Source: Octopus sinensis
Taxonomy: Eukaryota
NCBI RefSeq assembly: GCF_006345805.1
Contig: NC_043010.1
Location: forward strand, 50,716,001 to 50,780,000
Direction: 5' to 3'
DNA: 64,000 nt
The notes beneath the pieces are model-generated. The model did no database searches, was not told the origin of the DNA, and saw only the letters and a list, made by a program, of their open reading frames with translations. The position numbers and the translations under genes are program-made. The number at the start of each line of letters is the position of its first letter. Position 1 is the stretch's first letter. Of this stretch, positions 52,040 through 64,000 are shown piece after piece.

Positions 52040-55000
52040 GATGGCCGTCTCCCCACGAGCCAATCAAAGCTCAAAAATGATAACATTATCGTAGCACCAA
52101 AATGTTTTTGGAAACTAAAAGGAAAACTAAATCAGTATACCAAATCGCTTGTCCTATGGTTAATCTGGAAGCGCGTCCCCCAGGGAAGAGCCAGCCTGGG
52201 ATCGAAAAGTCATCAACTGGCACAAACTCTTCTCCGAATATGGACATGGATGGTCACTTGAACGGGAAATTCCCCAACTCGAGCCCTCCAAGTTCACCAC
52301 CACAACCACCACAGAAAGAAAAATGTAAGCGATAAAGAAGTAATATACGCTTATTACTATGCATTAGGTAGGCCATCTCAAGAGAGACACACCGCAAACT
52401 CTTACAGTATATGGAGAACACTGAATCAAGACAGTAGGCTCTATTTGGACGAGAACAAATTGGCAAATGTGAGGAGGGATATCCTTAGAAATAACAGACT
52501 CACAGACAGTGAAATAAGCGCGATCAAGCACGCAACGGAAAATGACATAAATATAAGACACAAAAGAAATGAAGAATCAGATGAACAGTATAGCCCGCCA
52601 CGAGGCTTAATTGAAAGACTGCCATCTGACCAAAGTACGCAAAGGCCTGAAGATACAAGAAATTCTATTGAACCTGTTAAAGATAGCCAGGAAAATGATA
52701 AAACAACAGTAACTGAAGATCTCGCATTTGCTGAAGAACACAGAGAGTCTATGGCAGAAATGAGGCAGAAAATCCTGAATACGCTTGAAGTTGTAAGACA
52801 TACAAGTATGAATGATAGAGAACCACTTCATAAACTCTCAAATACAAACCAAAATAAAAAACAAATCCAAATTGGTAACTATGTAACAAATGAAATAATA
52901 CAAGAATTAAAACCTGATTTTACTGAGTTAAATGAAATTATTTACGCTTCTGCAAGGGCAATTGAAACCAGCTGTATGCCCCCGAAAAAACAAAGAAAAC
53001 CAAACCTGGGAAGAAATCAAACATGGAGAAGTAAAATTGAAAAAGAGATTGAATTTATGAGAGGGGAAATATCAATATTAAATTAACAAATATGTGGAAA
53101 TGATGTAAGATCCAGAACAGGAAGAAAGATGAAGAGAAAATTTGGATCCTCACCAAGAGAAGAACTGATATCAATAAAAGAAACGCTGAAACAAAAAGTC
53201 CAAACAAAAGCCCAAAGAATACGAAGATTTGAGAAGAGAAACAAGTTTTACAAGCAAAATAAGCTGTTCACATCCAATGCCAAAAAATTCTACAGAGAAA
53301 TAGGGAAGAAGAAAGTAACCGTTAAAGACCCCCCTCCCATGGAAGAAGTTCAAAACTTTTGGAAAAGGATTTGGAGTGACAAGAAGACTACAACATAAAT
53401 GCAGACTGGATTATACAAACTGAAGGATCCTACCAAAATTTACAACAAGCATGGGAAGACATCACAATAGCAGACCTAAGAAAGGTACTCACGAAGGCCC
53501 ATAATTGGAAATCCCCCGGTAAAGATAGGGTGCTGAATTTCTGGCTCGCATCGCTCCCATGCGCACACGGTAAGCTAGTTCAGCTGCTCAATGGAATTAT
53601 GAGAGACCCAAAGAAAACACCTGAATGGTTAGCAAGTGGTATTACTTACCTACTCCCAAAGAATAACGAAACCAACCTTCCAAAAAAACTATCGGCCTAT
53701 AACTTGTCTATCCACCACGTATAAAATCCTAACATCTATCCTGGCGGAGAAAACATATGCATTCATGGAGAAGAACGATATTTTCCCCATTGAACAAAAA
53801 GGGTTCCGCCGAGGCTCATACGGATGCAAAGATCAACTGATAATTAATCGTATGATCCTTGAGAACTGCCACAACAAGCGCAGAAATCTCAGCTCCGCAT
53901 GGATTGACTATAAAAAGGCCTTCGACAGTATACCGCATCCATGGATCTTGAGATCGCTGGACATCTTCAAAATTTCCCCTGTGATTTCAAGCTTCCTGAA
54001 GCACAATATGTCGTTGTGGAATACGAATCTCCAATTATACCACTCTAATGGAGTACTTGCCTCAGAAAATATAAACATCAACTGTGGAATTTTTCAAGGT
54101 GACTCACTTTCACCTTTAATATTCTGCATAGCCCTAATACCCCTTACAAGTGAATTAAACAGAACAGGGTATGGGTATAAAATTGCCAATAAAAAAATAA
54201 GCCATCTATTTTATATGGATGACTTAAAACTCTATGGTAAAGACAATAATGAACTTGAAGGCCTATTGCGCACTGTGAAAGCATTCAGCGATGACATCGG
54301 GATGGAGTTTGGACTTGAGAAGTGTACCAAGGCCACTTTCCAGAAAGGGAAAGTGAAGACCACAAATTCAGTCGTGTTAGATGTTGACAAAGTCATAAGA
54401 GAGCTTGAGCAAGAACAAACATACAAATATTTAGGGATAAATGAAGGCTCTGGTATTCAGCATGCAAGCATGAAAGAGAAGATCAGGAAGGAATGTTATA
54501 GGAGAGTTCGTGCAGTCCTGAAATCTGAACTAAATGCACGTAACAAGGTGTTAGCTATAAATTCCTTAGCAGTTCCAGTTGTTACTTATAGCTACAATGT
54601 GTTGAACTGGAATATGAGTGAAGTAAAGAATATAGATAGGAAAATACGCAAGCTGCTGAGTTGTAATAGGATGCACCACCCAAAGGCAGACGTAGATCGC
54701 CTTTACCTTCCCAGAGCCCAAGGAGGTCGAGGCCTGATCCAATTTGAACTAGCTTACAAAACAACCACAATTGGACTGGCCAAATATCTTGAAATAACGA
54801 ATGACCGGATGCTAAAGCTCGTGGAAAATCACGAGAGACGAAAGAAGCTTCATTCTATCATAAAGGAAAGCAAAAAATTTGCTATTGATCTCGTGCAGGA
54901 TACCCAAACTGAACAACCCGAGGGAAGTACGGCAACTATTGTTGCAAAGAAGGTGAAAATAATGGCAACGAAAAAAGCGCACGAGCAATTGGCTGATAGG

Positions 55001-55915
55001 TGGGAGGAGAAACCTCTGCACGGCAAATAAGCGGCCCGCAGCAAACAAGCTGATGTTGACCAGAAGCAAACCCATCAGTGGCTACAGAGCTCAGGGCTAA
55101 AAGCAGAGAGCGAAGGTTTCATCCTGGCTGCTCAAGATCAAAGCCTATTAACCCGGAACTACCAGGCCAATGTGATGAAAAATGGAGCAGACCCAAAATG
55201 CCGATTCTGCAACGACATGATTGAAACAGTGGACCACTTAATCTCTGGATGTAAAGTCTTAGCACCAGTGGAGTATAAATTAAGACAAGACATAGTTGGC
55301 CAATATCTACACTGGCTAATAAGTCGGCATTACAATATCAAAACTGCCGACAAGTGTCATAATCACCACCCTGAAGCTGTAACTGAAGGAGAAAATGTAA
55401 CGATTCTGTGGGACTTTCCAGTACATACACACCGAACCATCAAAGCCAATAAACCAGATATTGTTGTGAAAGACCAAAACAATAAAGTTTGCTTATTGAT
55501 CGACATGAGCATCCCCTGTGAATATAATATCTCGGCGAAAGAGTTTGACAAGCTCAGAAAATATAAAGACCTACTCATTGAAATTGAGAAAATGTGGCAT
55601 CTCAAGGCGGTTACAATACCAGTGATCGTAGGAGCACTAGGAATGATCAAGAAGGGAACCGAAAATTATATGAGAATGATCCCTGGCTTACCATCCCTGC
55701 AAGAAGTGCAAAAGATTGTCTTAACTGGTACATCACACGTATTGAGAAGAGCATTGTCGATGTGAGAACTATTACTACCCATGTATTTTAATTTAACTTA
55801 AAAAAAAATGAACGAACTATTGTGTTTAGTTTAATGGCCTACCAATGTATACTATGAGTTTCTTTGCCCGAGGAGTCGGGAATACACTCGGCAAGAAATG
55901 GAAGCAAATTTGAAA
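52040..55915 (+). mobile_element. Near full-length R4/Dong-like LINE (single ORF RT+RLE, disrupted)
   Basis: NYRPITCL, QGDSLSP, YMDD, CRFC..ETVDHLISGC, KPDIV..LIDMSIP; several stops and frameshifts; flanked by (TGA/TAA)n. Confidence 0.93.
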
Positions 55916-56169
55916 GAAGAAAAAAAAAATAATAATGATAATGATAATAATAATGATGATGATGATGATGATGATGATGGTCGTGGTGGTGGTCGTGGTC
56001 GTGGTTGTGGCGATGACGACGACGACAACAATAGTTCTTCCTTTTTTGGTCACATGGGCCGCAAAGAATACATTTAGGACAATACAAAGACAGAGACAAT
56101 GGGAATTTATATAAACACGTATAAACAATAATAAACAATAAATAACAAATAACAAGAACAGCAAAATTC

Positions 56170-58300
56170 ATCAATGGTTGAGGAGGCGCCTTTCAAAGAC
56201 GATAAAGGAAACGCATAGACCCTGAATTACCCTACTCAGCAGGAGTACCATAAATGCTCCTCTATCCTCCGTATTCTTCAGCCTAAAGGCAGGACATTCC
56301 TCTCAGTAGTCACCTTCCTTTTCAAATGGAATTTTTAAATATCGATGAGAGCCTGGCCGAAGTGGAAGTCGTCTGTCTTTAGTCCTTTTAGTTTCGTCCG
56401 CCACACAACCCATTTCACCAGAGCTACCAAGCAGGAAAAGGTTTGTAGTGACGTCATATTCCAGTGTGCGCACACGCAACGTCATTCTTCAGTGTACGTG
56501 TGCCGAACGTCACCTTTGTAGTGACGTCATGTTCCAGTGTGCGCACACGCAACGTCATTCTTCAGTGTGCGTGTGCGGGGTTGGAATCTTCTGGAACCTT
56601 CTGGAAAGGCATAAGGAAGTTCCCTCATGCACATGCGCTAGAGACTGAAGAATAAATTCCATAGCGCTCCTTAATAGCATCGGGAACTTGAGACACGGCG
56701 ATAGAAGAGAAAGGACGTATATTTTGAAACCTGTGATCAGCCTATTCTCCTGTCCCAGACGCTTAGGATTTAACCTGTTCTACTGCTGCTGAATTGTTGT
56801 AAAGCTTACAAACGCTTGAATTCAGCCTTGTTGCGTTGAACTAGGTGAATACCAGCATACCATCGTGTTTCATTGTTGAACCAAGAAAATAAAGAATTAT
56901 ATATATTTTTAAACTTGCGTTTCGTTCCTGACTGGTGGTTTCTAGAAACAAAAAGAAAGGAAATTGTGTTGCACCCAAGTTGCACCCCAAAAGTGTAAAG
57001 AAGCAACCAGTTCCCTTTACAGTGGTGACCCCGACGTGATTTGCCCTTCTCAAGCGAAGGAAAGTGGTGGGGTGATCTTCGCGATGGAGTCGGTTGATAG
57101 CCGGATTCAACCTACACATGGTGGCAGCTGTTCGACATAACTTCACAAGTCAGTAATGTTTGAGCACCTTGTGAACGCGTAGAAGCCGGCCTCGTCACTC
57201 ATGCGCATATCGGGCAGGTGCGGCTGACAGCACTACAATGCCTGTACAGTTTATCCCGACCTGACAGTGTTCTAACTGTCTGGAAAAACAAACCCTGAGC
57301 AATTTAACCAGTCCGTCCGTCTGGCACCTTCCGATGCTGTTCGATAGCAAGAACTTGGTTCTCCAGGTGCTGAGCTGCAGGTCCAATGACTTTCTCCTGG
57401 TTAGTCTTTGCTCCTGTCACTGCTTCATATTCTCTTAGAACACTGCCGATCACCTCGATGCATTAGACGTCCGACATCATTACGGTGTGTCATATAGAAA
57501 TTTAGATTTGAATCCTAGTTCTTGCGGAATGACCCTCGAAACCGCCAATTCTGCTGTAGTGACCCGAGAGTCAGAACGTACAGAAGGGAAGAGAGGGGAC
57601 CCCTTTGATGGACTGATCGCATAACAAACGAACAGTTTCAACAGGTGACCATTTACTCAGACCATCGAGCAAATGCCACTACATAACACATCGATCCTGC
57701 TTCTGAAAACGAGCATGAGACCAGCCGCCTTCAGGACAGCTAATAGGTAGTGATTGATGACCTTTCCGAAAGCTCTTGACTGATCTAAACTGACCAGAAT
57801 TCCACCCATCCATACCAGGTTCTTTACCCACTCTTTCTTTGACGTATTGTGTGAGATGGAGGTTATCGAGGATAGATCTGTTTGCTATGGCGCATGTCTG
57901 TGTCTCATCTACCAGCGTATCGAGAACAAACGCCAACTTAGGTAGCAGATTGGCCAAAATCTTCAACTCTGCATTTAGTAGAGCCGCAGGCCTAAAGTTG
58001 TTGAAATCATCCACCATCGGGTCCTTTCTCATCAGCACCACCACACCTCTTTTCGTAGGACTGGGAACTCTCCTGCTCTGATGCCAGCTGCAGTAGACAT
58101 CAGCCAAGATTCCTCTGAACATGTCTGTTGTATAAAGATAAAACTAGCAGGATAGACCATTCTGCCTCAGCGGCTTCTCCTTCATGCCGCCAGCCTTCGC
58201 TTGCCGAATTCTATCAGCTGTTACCGGCCTTTCGTAGAAATCCGCATCCCTAGTCGAGAGCAGTGGCAGGCAATCGAGATTGACAGTAAGGTTCCTTCGT
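56170..58300 (-). mobile_element. Tx1/L1-clade LINE ORF2 remnant, interrupted by an LTR
   Basis: NFRPAALLNAELKILA...QTCAI..RSILDNL...LDQSRAF; C-terminal KWVVWRTKL at ~56400. Confidence 0.7.
56444..57043 (+). mobile_element. Gypsy-like 5' LTR (TGTA...TACA, 56444-57021) plus primer-binding site
   Basis: TGGTGACCCCGACGTGAT at 57023-57040 is complementary to the 3' end of tRNA-Trp; AATAAA at 56651; first 73 bp tandemly duplicated. Confidence 0.75.
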
Positions 58301-58699
58301 AGATATTACAAATAAGTCGATCGCCCATTCCCTGCAAGGGGAAGCGAAGACTATCAAAAATATCAGAAAGATATTATTCGACCTGGTGTCATGGCACTCC
58401 CATAAATGCATTAATTGCTCAGAAAGAAATCCACGATACCCTTCCCCAGCCGAAAGAGAAAAGTGCCTGTAAAAAGTGTGGATTTCCGTAGTTTATATCT
58501 GCCAAAGAAAGCAATATGTGACTGTAGTAGCTATAGCTGTGGTTGCTAACCAATATGGAACTGTGTTAGCAACGAAGAGGAAGTGCGCAGGATGGCCACA
58601 ATGACCTGCTCCTCGGAGCAGTTCGTGATGCTCCCTTTATATATAAACTTAGATAAACTTAGATATGTTTCGACCAAAGATTGGTCCAGGCCATTATAT

Positions 58700-59060
58700 G
58701 AGATGTAATTTGACCAAGGTCAGGGTACTTCGATATGTTGTTTATATATGAGATGTCGTATGACCCAGGTCAGGGTATCAAAGTACCTCCTCATAGGGAC
58801 CAGGCGATACTAGAGGGGTACGGGGAGATAATAAGCATGAAAACAAGCCCCCAACAAAACAGAACAGAAGTGTCAATGGAGTTCCAGGTTTTGATTGCTC
58901 CGGAAGAAGTTCATGCTATTCCAGATGCTTTTTTTCTGTTTTGGAGAGTGCAAGAAGATGCGGATTGTTGTGGAGGACAGAAAGCGCAGATGTTATATTT
59001 GTAACAAGAGTGATCACCTAAGAGCTTTCTGTCCCTCTGTGGAGAAGACGAAAGAGGTGC
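58700..59060 (+). mobile_element. Tx1-like ORF1 (gag-like) remnant
   Basis: RIVVEDRKRRCYICNKSDHLRAFCP CCHC knuckle. Confidence 0.55.
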
Positions 59061-59570
59061 CTCATTCTGCACCACTATTCTCAGCGCTCCGACAGTAGAG
59101 CTCTGGTTCCGGAGTTCCAGGGTGTGGAAGAGTGTGGAACCACTTCTTAACCACTATTGGTCCCAGGCTACTCTGACCCGGAGTACTGGCACTTAGCAGG
59201 GTCCCACCTATGATTTAGCTAACATATGTGAGGACATTCCACGTAAGCGCGGGGAAGCAGAAATAAATACATACATACATTCATACATACATACATACAT
59301 ACATACATACATACATACATACATACATACATACATACATTCATACATACATACATACATGCATGCATGCATACATACATACATACACACACACACACAT
59401 ACATACATACATACATACATACATACATACATACATACATACATACATACATACATACAAAAATACTCCGTTCGTGTTAATAATCCAATGAAGGAGACAT
59501 GGATCTAGGTTAAAAACTGGCTCTTTCTCTATTGGCAAGATTTCTTGAAATAAAACTGAATAATGACATG

Positions 59571-59642
<72 letters not shown>

Positions 59643-59868
59643 TACATACATACATACATACATACATACATACATACATACATACATACTATTGGATTTT
59701 ACTCATAAGGTATTGGAATCTTATATGTATACCAATCTGCCTAAAAAAACCGATCTCCAAATGCAATATCCCTACGTATCTCACATCTATTTTCTTTTAT
59801 TTCCTCCACCTCACTCTCTATTTTATATCTTATCTAAATTAACTATTACTCAACCATCCTCTCACACT

Positions 59869-59916
59869 GTCCCCGATGAAAGGATATAATAAATATCCTG
59901 GAAACAGCTGTAAGAC
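59869..59916 (+). ncRNA. Hammerhead motif, one core substitution (CCGATGA)
   Basis: gtcc-CCGATGA-a-aggatat-aataa-atatcct-g-GAAA-cagctg-TA|agac; 7-bp helix II; palindromic helix III. Confidence 0.65.
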
Positions 59917-59997
59917 CTTCTATCTATAAATGTTCTAAAATCTACACAGCCTTGGTTTTTTTATCTCATTACGAAAAAAACAATTATATATATATAT

Positions 59998-60386
59998 ATG
60001 GTTCCAGGTTCAGTCCCACTGCGTGGCACCATGAGCAAGTGTCTTCTATTATAGCCTCAGGCCGACCAAAGCCTTGTGAGTGGATTTGGTAGACGGAAAC
60101 TGAAAGAAGCCTGTCGTATATATATGTATATATATATATGTGTGCGTGCGCGCGCGCGTGTGTGTGTGTTTGTGGATATGTTTGTATATCTGCGTTTGTC
60201 TCTCCAGCATCGCTTGACAACCGATGCTGGTGTGGTTACGTCCCTGTAACTTAGCGGTTCGACGAAAGAGACCGATAGAATAAGCACTAGGCTTACAAAG
60301 AATAAGTCCTGGAGTCGAGTTGCTCGACTAAAGGCAGTGCTCCAGCATGGCCAGTCAAATGGCTGAAACAAGTTAAAGAGTAAAGA
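59998..60386 (+). mobile_element. tRNA-SINE family A, 5'-truncated
   Basis: Homology to other copies. Confidence 0.8.
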
Positions 60387-60428
<42 letters not shown>

Positions 60429-60504
60429 GTGTGTGTGTGTGTATGTGTGTGTGTGCGTGTGCGTGTGTGTGTGTGTATATTATATATATGTGATATATAT
60501 ATAT

Positions 60505-60592
<88 letters not shown>

Positions 60593-61353
60593 GTCCGTGT
60601 GTGTGTGTGTGTGTGTGTCCAAAACACTGCGAAATAGAGTTTCACGAAGTAAGATAATTTTCCAATAACAGAACAAGCAGTAGTAATACATAATTGGCTG
60701 AACTGTGTGACAAACCAGGCAATATCTAAGCTGGAGACTCTTAATTTCAGGTCGAATTTTTGTCAGAGCCTCATACGAAGCCGAGTAGGCGAGGATATTA
60801 TTGTTCCGTTATATTGTTCCGTTCTTAACACGACAATATTCACCAGCTTCTCGATGAAAACTGCCACTGATCTCTTAAAAAATTAACAATTCTACAGGAA
60901 TCCGTCCGAATGTTAACGTATGAAAGCAATGAAATATTCAAGGGCCGATCCATCAATCTGACAATTAGTGACCGTTTTTTTTTTCACTTCTGTTTTTGCA
61001 TGTCTGCTTCTCTTGTAATTCTGTAAGTTTTCTGTTTTCATTTCTTAGTTTTCACACGCAAGCCAAAGCGCAGTTTTGTTTATAGGTTGATTAAATATTC
61101 AGCTCTGAATGAACTGTCTCACAAGTTTTGCTGCTTGTTTACGTGAAAGGCAGCAAACTTTCTTGAATACATAACGACAATACGCAGAAGATTTGTAAGA
61201 ATTACTGATGATGAGACAGTAAATGATTACTTCTAATACATATACACAAGGTCACGTATACATGATGATGGTTAAGTTAATAGCGAGCCTCTACGTGGTC
61301 TCTAAACTGGTTAGAAATACCAACCAAATCTTCCTTTGTGTGTGCGTTGTGAA

Positions 61354-61401
<48 letters not shown>

Positions 61402-61739
61402 CGAGAGAAAGTGTCTACATGTGAGTGTGTGTATATGTATGTGATATTCTTTTTCTACTGTTATTCCTGTCTCAGTTTGAAAGTGAAATTAATGTTTATT
61501 CTATGTTTTTGGATGGATTTTTTAATGCGTTTTGATTGAATCTGACCATCAAAACTATTGTAAATCGCTTATTCTTTGGGTAAATCACTCCCAAAACGCT
61601 TCGTGAAATACAAGAGCAGTCTGAGGCTCTTCCAGCCCGGAATCTAAATCTTGATGGGTAATGGGTCGGTGGCTTTCATGCACTGCTACATGAATGAAAC
61701 AGTGGTGAAGTACAGCTTTCTTGTCAGCATGGCAGAATT

Positions 61740-62030
61740 GGACAAATGTCTTGCCAAGTATTTGTATAGATATTTTGACAGAATATCTGGTCTCTCAATC
61801 CACTCCTATCCATGCCACCAAAACCTTTCAATATTCCGTGTGTGTATTGCACTGTTTTCATCCACAAAATTCTTAAAATGTTCATAACCTAAATCATTTA
61901 TAACTGTGTAGGCAGCCCAAGAATATCGATAAATGACAGAGCAAAGTCCGATGTACTATGGAATGAGAGGGACGCATGTTGCTTTATCGCGTTTCTCGCG
62001 AATGAAGCATGTTAATGCCACAACGAAACA
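61740..62030 (-). mobile_element. Merlin/IS1595-like transposase remnant
   Basis: RDKATCVPLI...SWAAY...LGYEH..FVDENSAIHTRNIERFW. Confidence 0.65.
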
Positions 62031-62038
62031 TCATTTGC

Positions 62039-62953
62039 TCATTCGTGGAGAAGAATTGGTCCTTTTCTATTGACCAATGCTGGCTGTTGTTGTCGGAGTT
62101 TCTTGTCCATTTTATCCATTTGCTGACAGTACTTCGCCGTAATGGTTTCGCCTGGATCCAAAAAGCTGTGATTAATGAGACTGGCCGCAGACCACCAAAC
62201 AGTCACCATGACCTTCTTTTGGAGCAACTTTGGCTTCGGGAAGTGCCGTGGAGCTTCGTCGGCGCCCAACCACTGAGCTGAACGTCGCCGGTTGTCGTAA
62301 AGAATCCACTGTTCATCGCAAGTCACAATCCGGTCGAGAAAGGGATCGTTCTTGTTGCGTAAAAGAAGGGAAGACGATATTTCAAAACGGCCTCTTTTTT
62401 TGTTGTCGTTCAATTCGTGCGGCACCCATTTCTCAAGTATTTTTGTTTTTCCAATCTCTTTCAAGTGGTTGGAAATTGTCGTAAACGTTACGTCTAATTC
62501 AGAAGCAATCTCTCGAACAGTTGTGCGTGGATTGGCTTCGACTAAGGTTTTTAGTTGATCGTTGTCAACAGCCGAAGGCCGACCACTACGCTTATCATCT
62601 TCAAGACTCTCGTCACCGCTACGAAATTTCTTGAACCACCATTGTGCTGTACGTTCATTACTGATTCCTGGGCCAAATGCATCGTTGATATCGCGAGCTG
62701 TTTCAGCAGCTTTTCGGCCCAGCTTGAACTGGAATAAGAAAATTGTGCGAATTTGCTTTTTGTCCATGTTGTATTCAACGTTCCGGAAAAAATGGCCTAA
62801 TTATTCAAAAAGAAAAAGAGTAACACGATTAGATAGAGTGAAAGACGAGCTTTAAAATTATATGTAAAGTCAAAGTAATTTAACGAAAATTAATTTTAAA
62901 ATACATTTAAAACCAAAATTTAAAATTCCGCAAGAACTTTCTTGACAACCTAA
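62039..62953 (-). mobile_element. mariner (cecropia/Hsmar1-like) transposon, 3'-truncated
   Basis: Open 242-aa ORF MDKKQIR...WVPHEL...IVTCDEQW...LLH; 5' TIR ttaggttgtcaagaaagttcttgcggaattt followed by TA. Confidence 0.9.
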
Positions 62954-63466
62954 TACATACATACATAGAATATCGAAAAATAAGTGGGTGTTCGACTGTT
63001 ATGACGAGTCTTTGACATACCTAGGGGATTAGAATAATGGACCAGCCGAACTCTTATAAAGAGTAGAGGTTGGTAAGAGCCAGTGTGTTAGTTCTGCTTT
63101 GAACTCGCACCGAACGCGTAAGTTGCCTAATGGTGGTTGTTCGAATTACTGTATGTTGATTCCAGTGGCAGTTCGTGTATAGGTACTGCGAAACTGCAGT
63201 GCCCCCTATTTCCACTCGACATTATCGATAATATTCAATATATAATGAGTCCTTTCTTCTTTAATTCTTTCTTTATACTTGTATATTATACAATCCTTAA
63301 GCTTAATGTCAGTAGCCATCCTCTAGTTTATGAAAAAATACAAAAATCCTTGTATAGAACTGTGCGCGTCACAGTTCCAGCGACGCGGTGTTTGGCTGTT
63401 GTGCGCATGTTCACATGTCCGAGATAGGAAACTTCACGCTAGGGAGAGATAGCACTGTCTTTCACG

Positions 63467-63847
63467 CAGTGGCGGTGAAAGGTAATGTTTCTTTTTAACT
63501 CCGCATGTGTTGCGCTTAAAAACGTGTTTATATTCTTGAAGTGTAGAATTAGATTATAATCCTCCTACCAGCTTCAGTGTTGCTACCTGGATTTGAAAAA
63601 TAAGGCAGATTCCCCGCCCCCTTATCTTGTGATTTAGGGTAGGGGTTGAAAAACAAGGGGGAATTCGCGGTGGTGTTCTGTGAACAAATTAAATACACTA
63701 CTTCGCAGTGGCTAAAACGCGAACCGATCAAGTTGATGTATAAATATTTTTTTATATGTTTGCTTCCTTTTAAACAATATTAAAACAACGGCTAAAAATT
63801 TTCTGAAGCAGTCCCTACCCACTAATTTTATCTACGAGCCGCCACTG
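63467..63847. mobile_element. Possible hAT-like MITE
   Basis: 9-bp inverted termini cagtggcgg / ccgccactg; no TSD seen. Confidence 0.35.
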
Positions 63848-64000
63848 GTTGGTTCCGACCACTATTCTTTATAAGAGTTCTGCTAATCCATAGGTTCTCA
63901 AAGTGGGTGCTACCGCCCACCGGTGGGCGTTGAGACGGTCCAGGTGGGTGCTGGTGCCTAAGGGGGCGGAGGATAGAAAAAAAGAGGCGTTGGGAGGAAG

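Noticed and set aside
52000-52220. HDV-like ribozyme expected at the 5' end of an R4-clade element
   Set aside because: Could not fold a nested double pseudoknot by eye.
60700-61210. Possible RTE reverse-transcriptase fossil (KIRPEI) on the minus strand
   Set aside because: Too degraded to support a call.
842-61539. Many ORFs rich in YI, VC, HT, YLSI or poly-I/N/V/G
   Set aside because: Translations of (TA)n, (TG)n, (TATC)n, (TAA)n and (GGT)n microsatellites; no coding signal.

Overview
AT-rich, microsatellite-saturated eukaryotic DNA. The SINE families and (TA)n/(TAA)n/(CA)n landscape suggest an octopod cephalopod (inference). The only host protein-coding sequence I can support is the 3' part of a slit gene on the minus strand: 7 GT-AG exons with consistent phases (26203->6723) encoding EGF2(end)-EGF6, laminin G, two post-LamG EGF repeats and the C-terminal cystine knot. 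No upstream slit exon is recognisable in the ~37 kb beyond the N-gap at 27111-27210. The rest is transposon debris: (TAA)n-targeting R4/Dong-like LINEs, RTE and Tx1 LINE fragments, a Gypsy LTR with a tRNA-Trp PBS, mariner/Tc1, hAT, Merlin and piggyBac remnants, several tRNA-SINE families, and Penelope-like element (PLE) fragments. The most notable hidden layer is a dense set of minimal type-I hammerhead ribozyme motifs with palindromic helix III. Four have an intact core and several more are single- or double-hit decayed. They sit in short, often fold-back elements inserted in (TA)n, including a perfect 71-bp inverted repeat carrying one hammerhead on each strand. Nearly all ORFs in the supplied track are microsatellite artefacts. 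Repeat boundaries were read by eye and are approximate.
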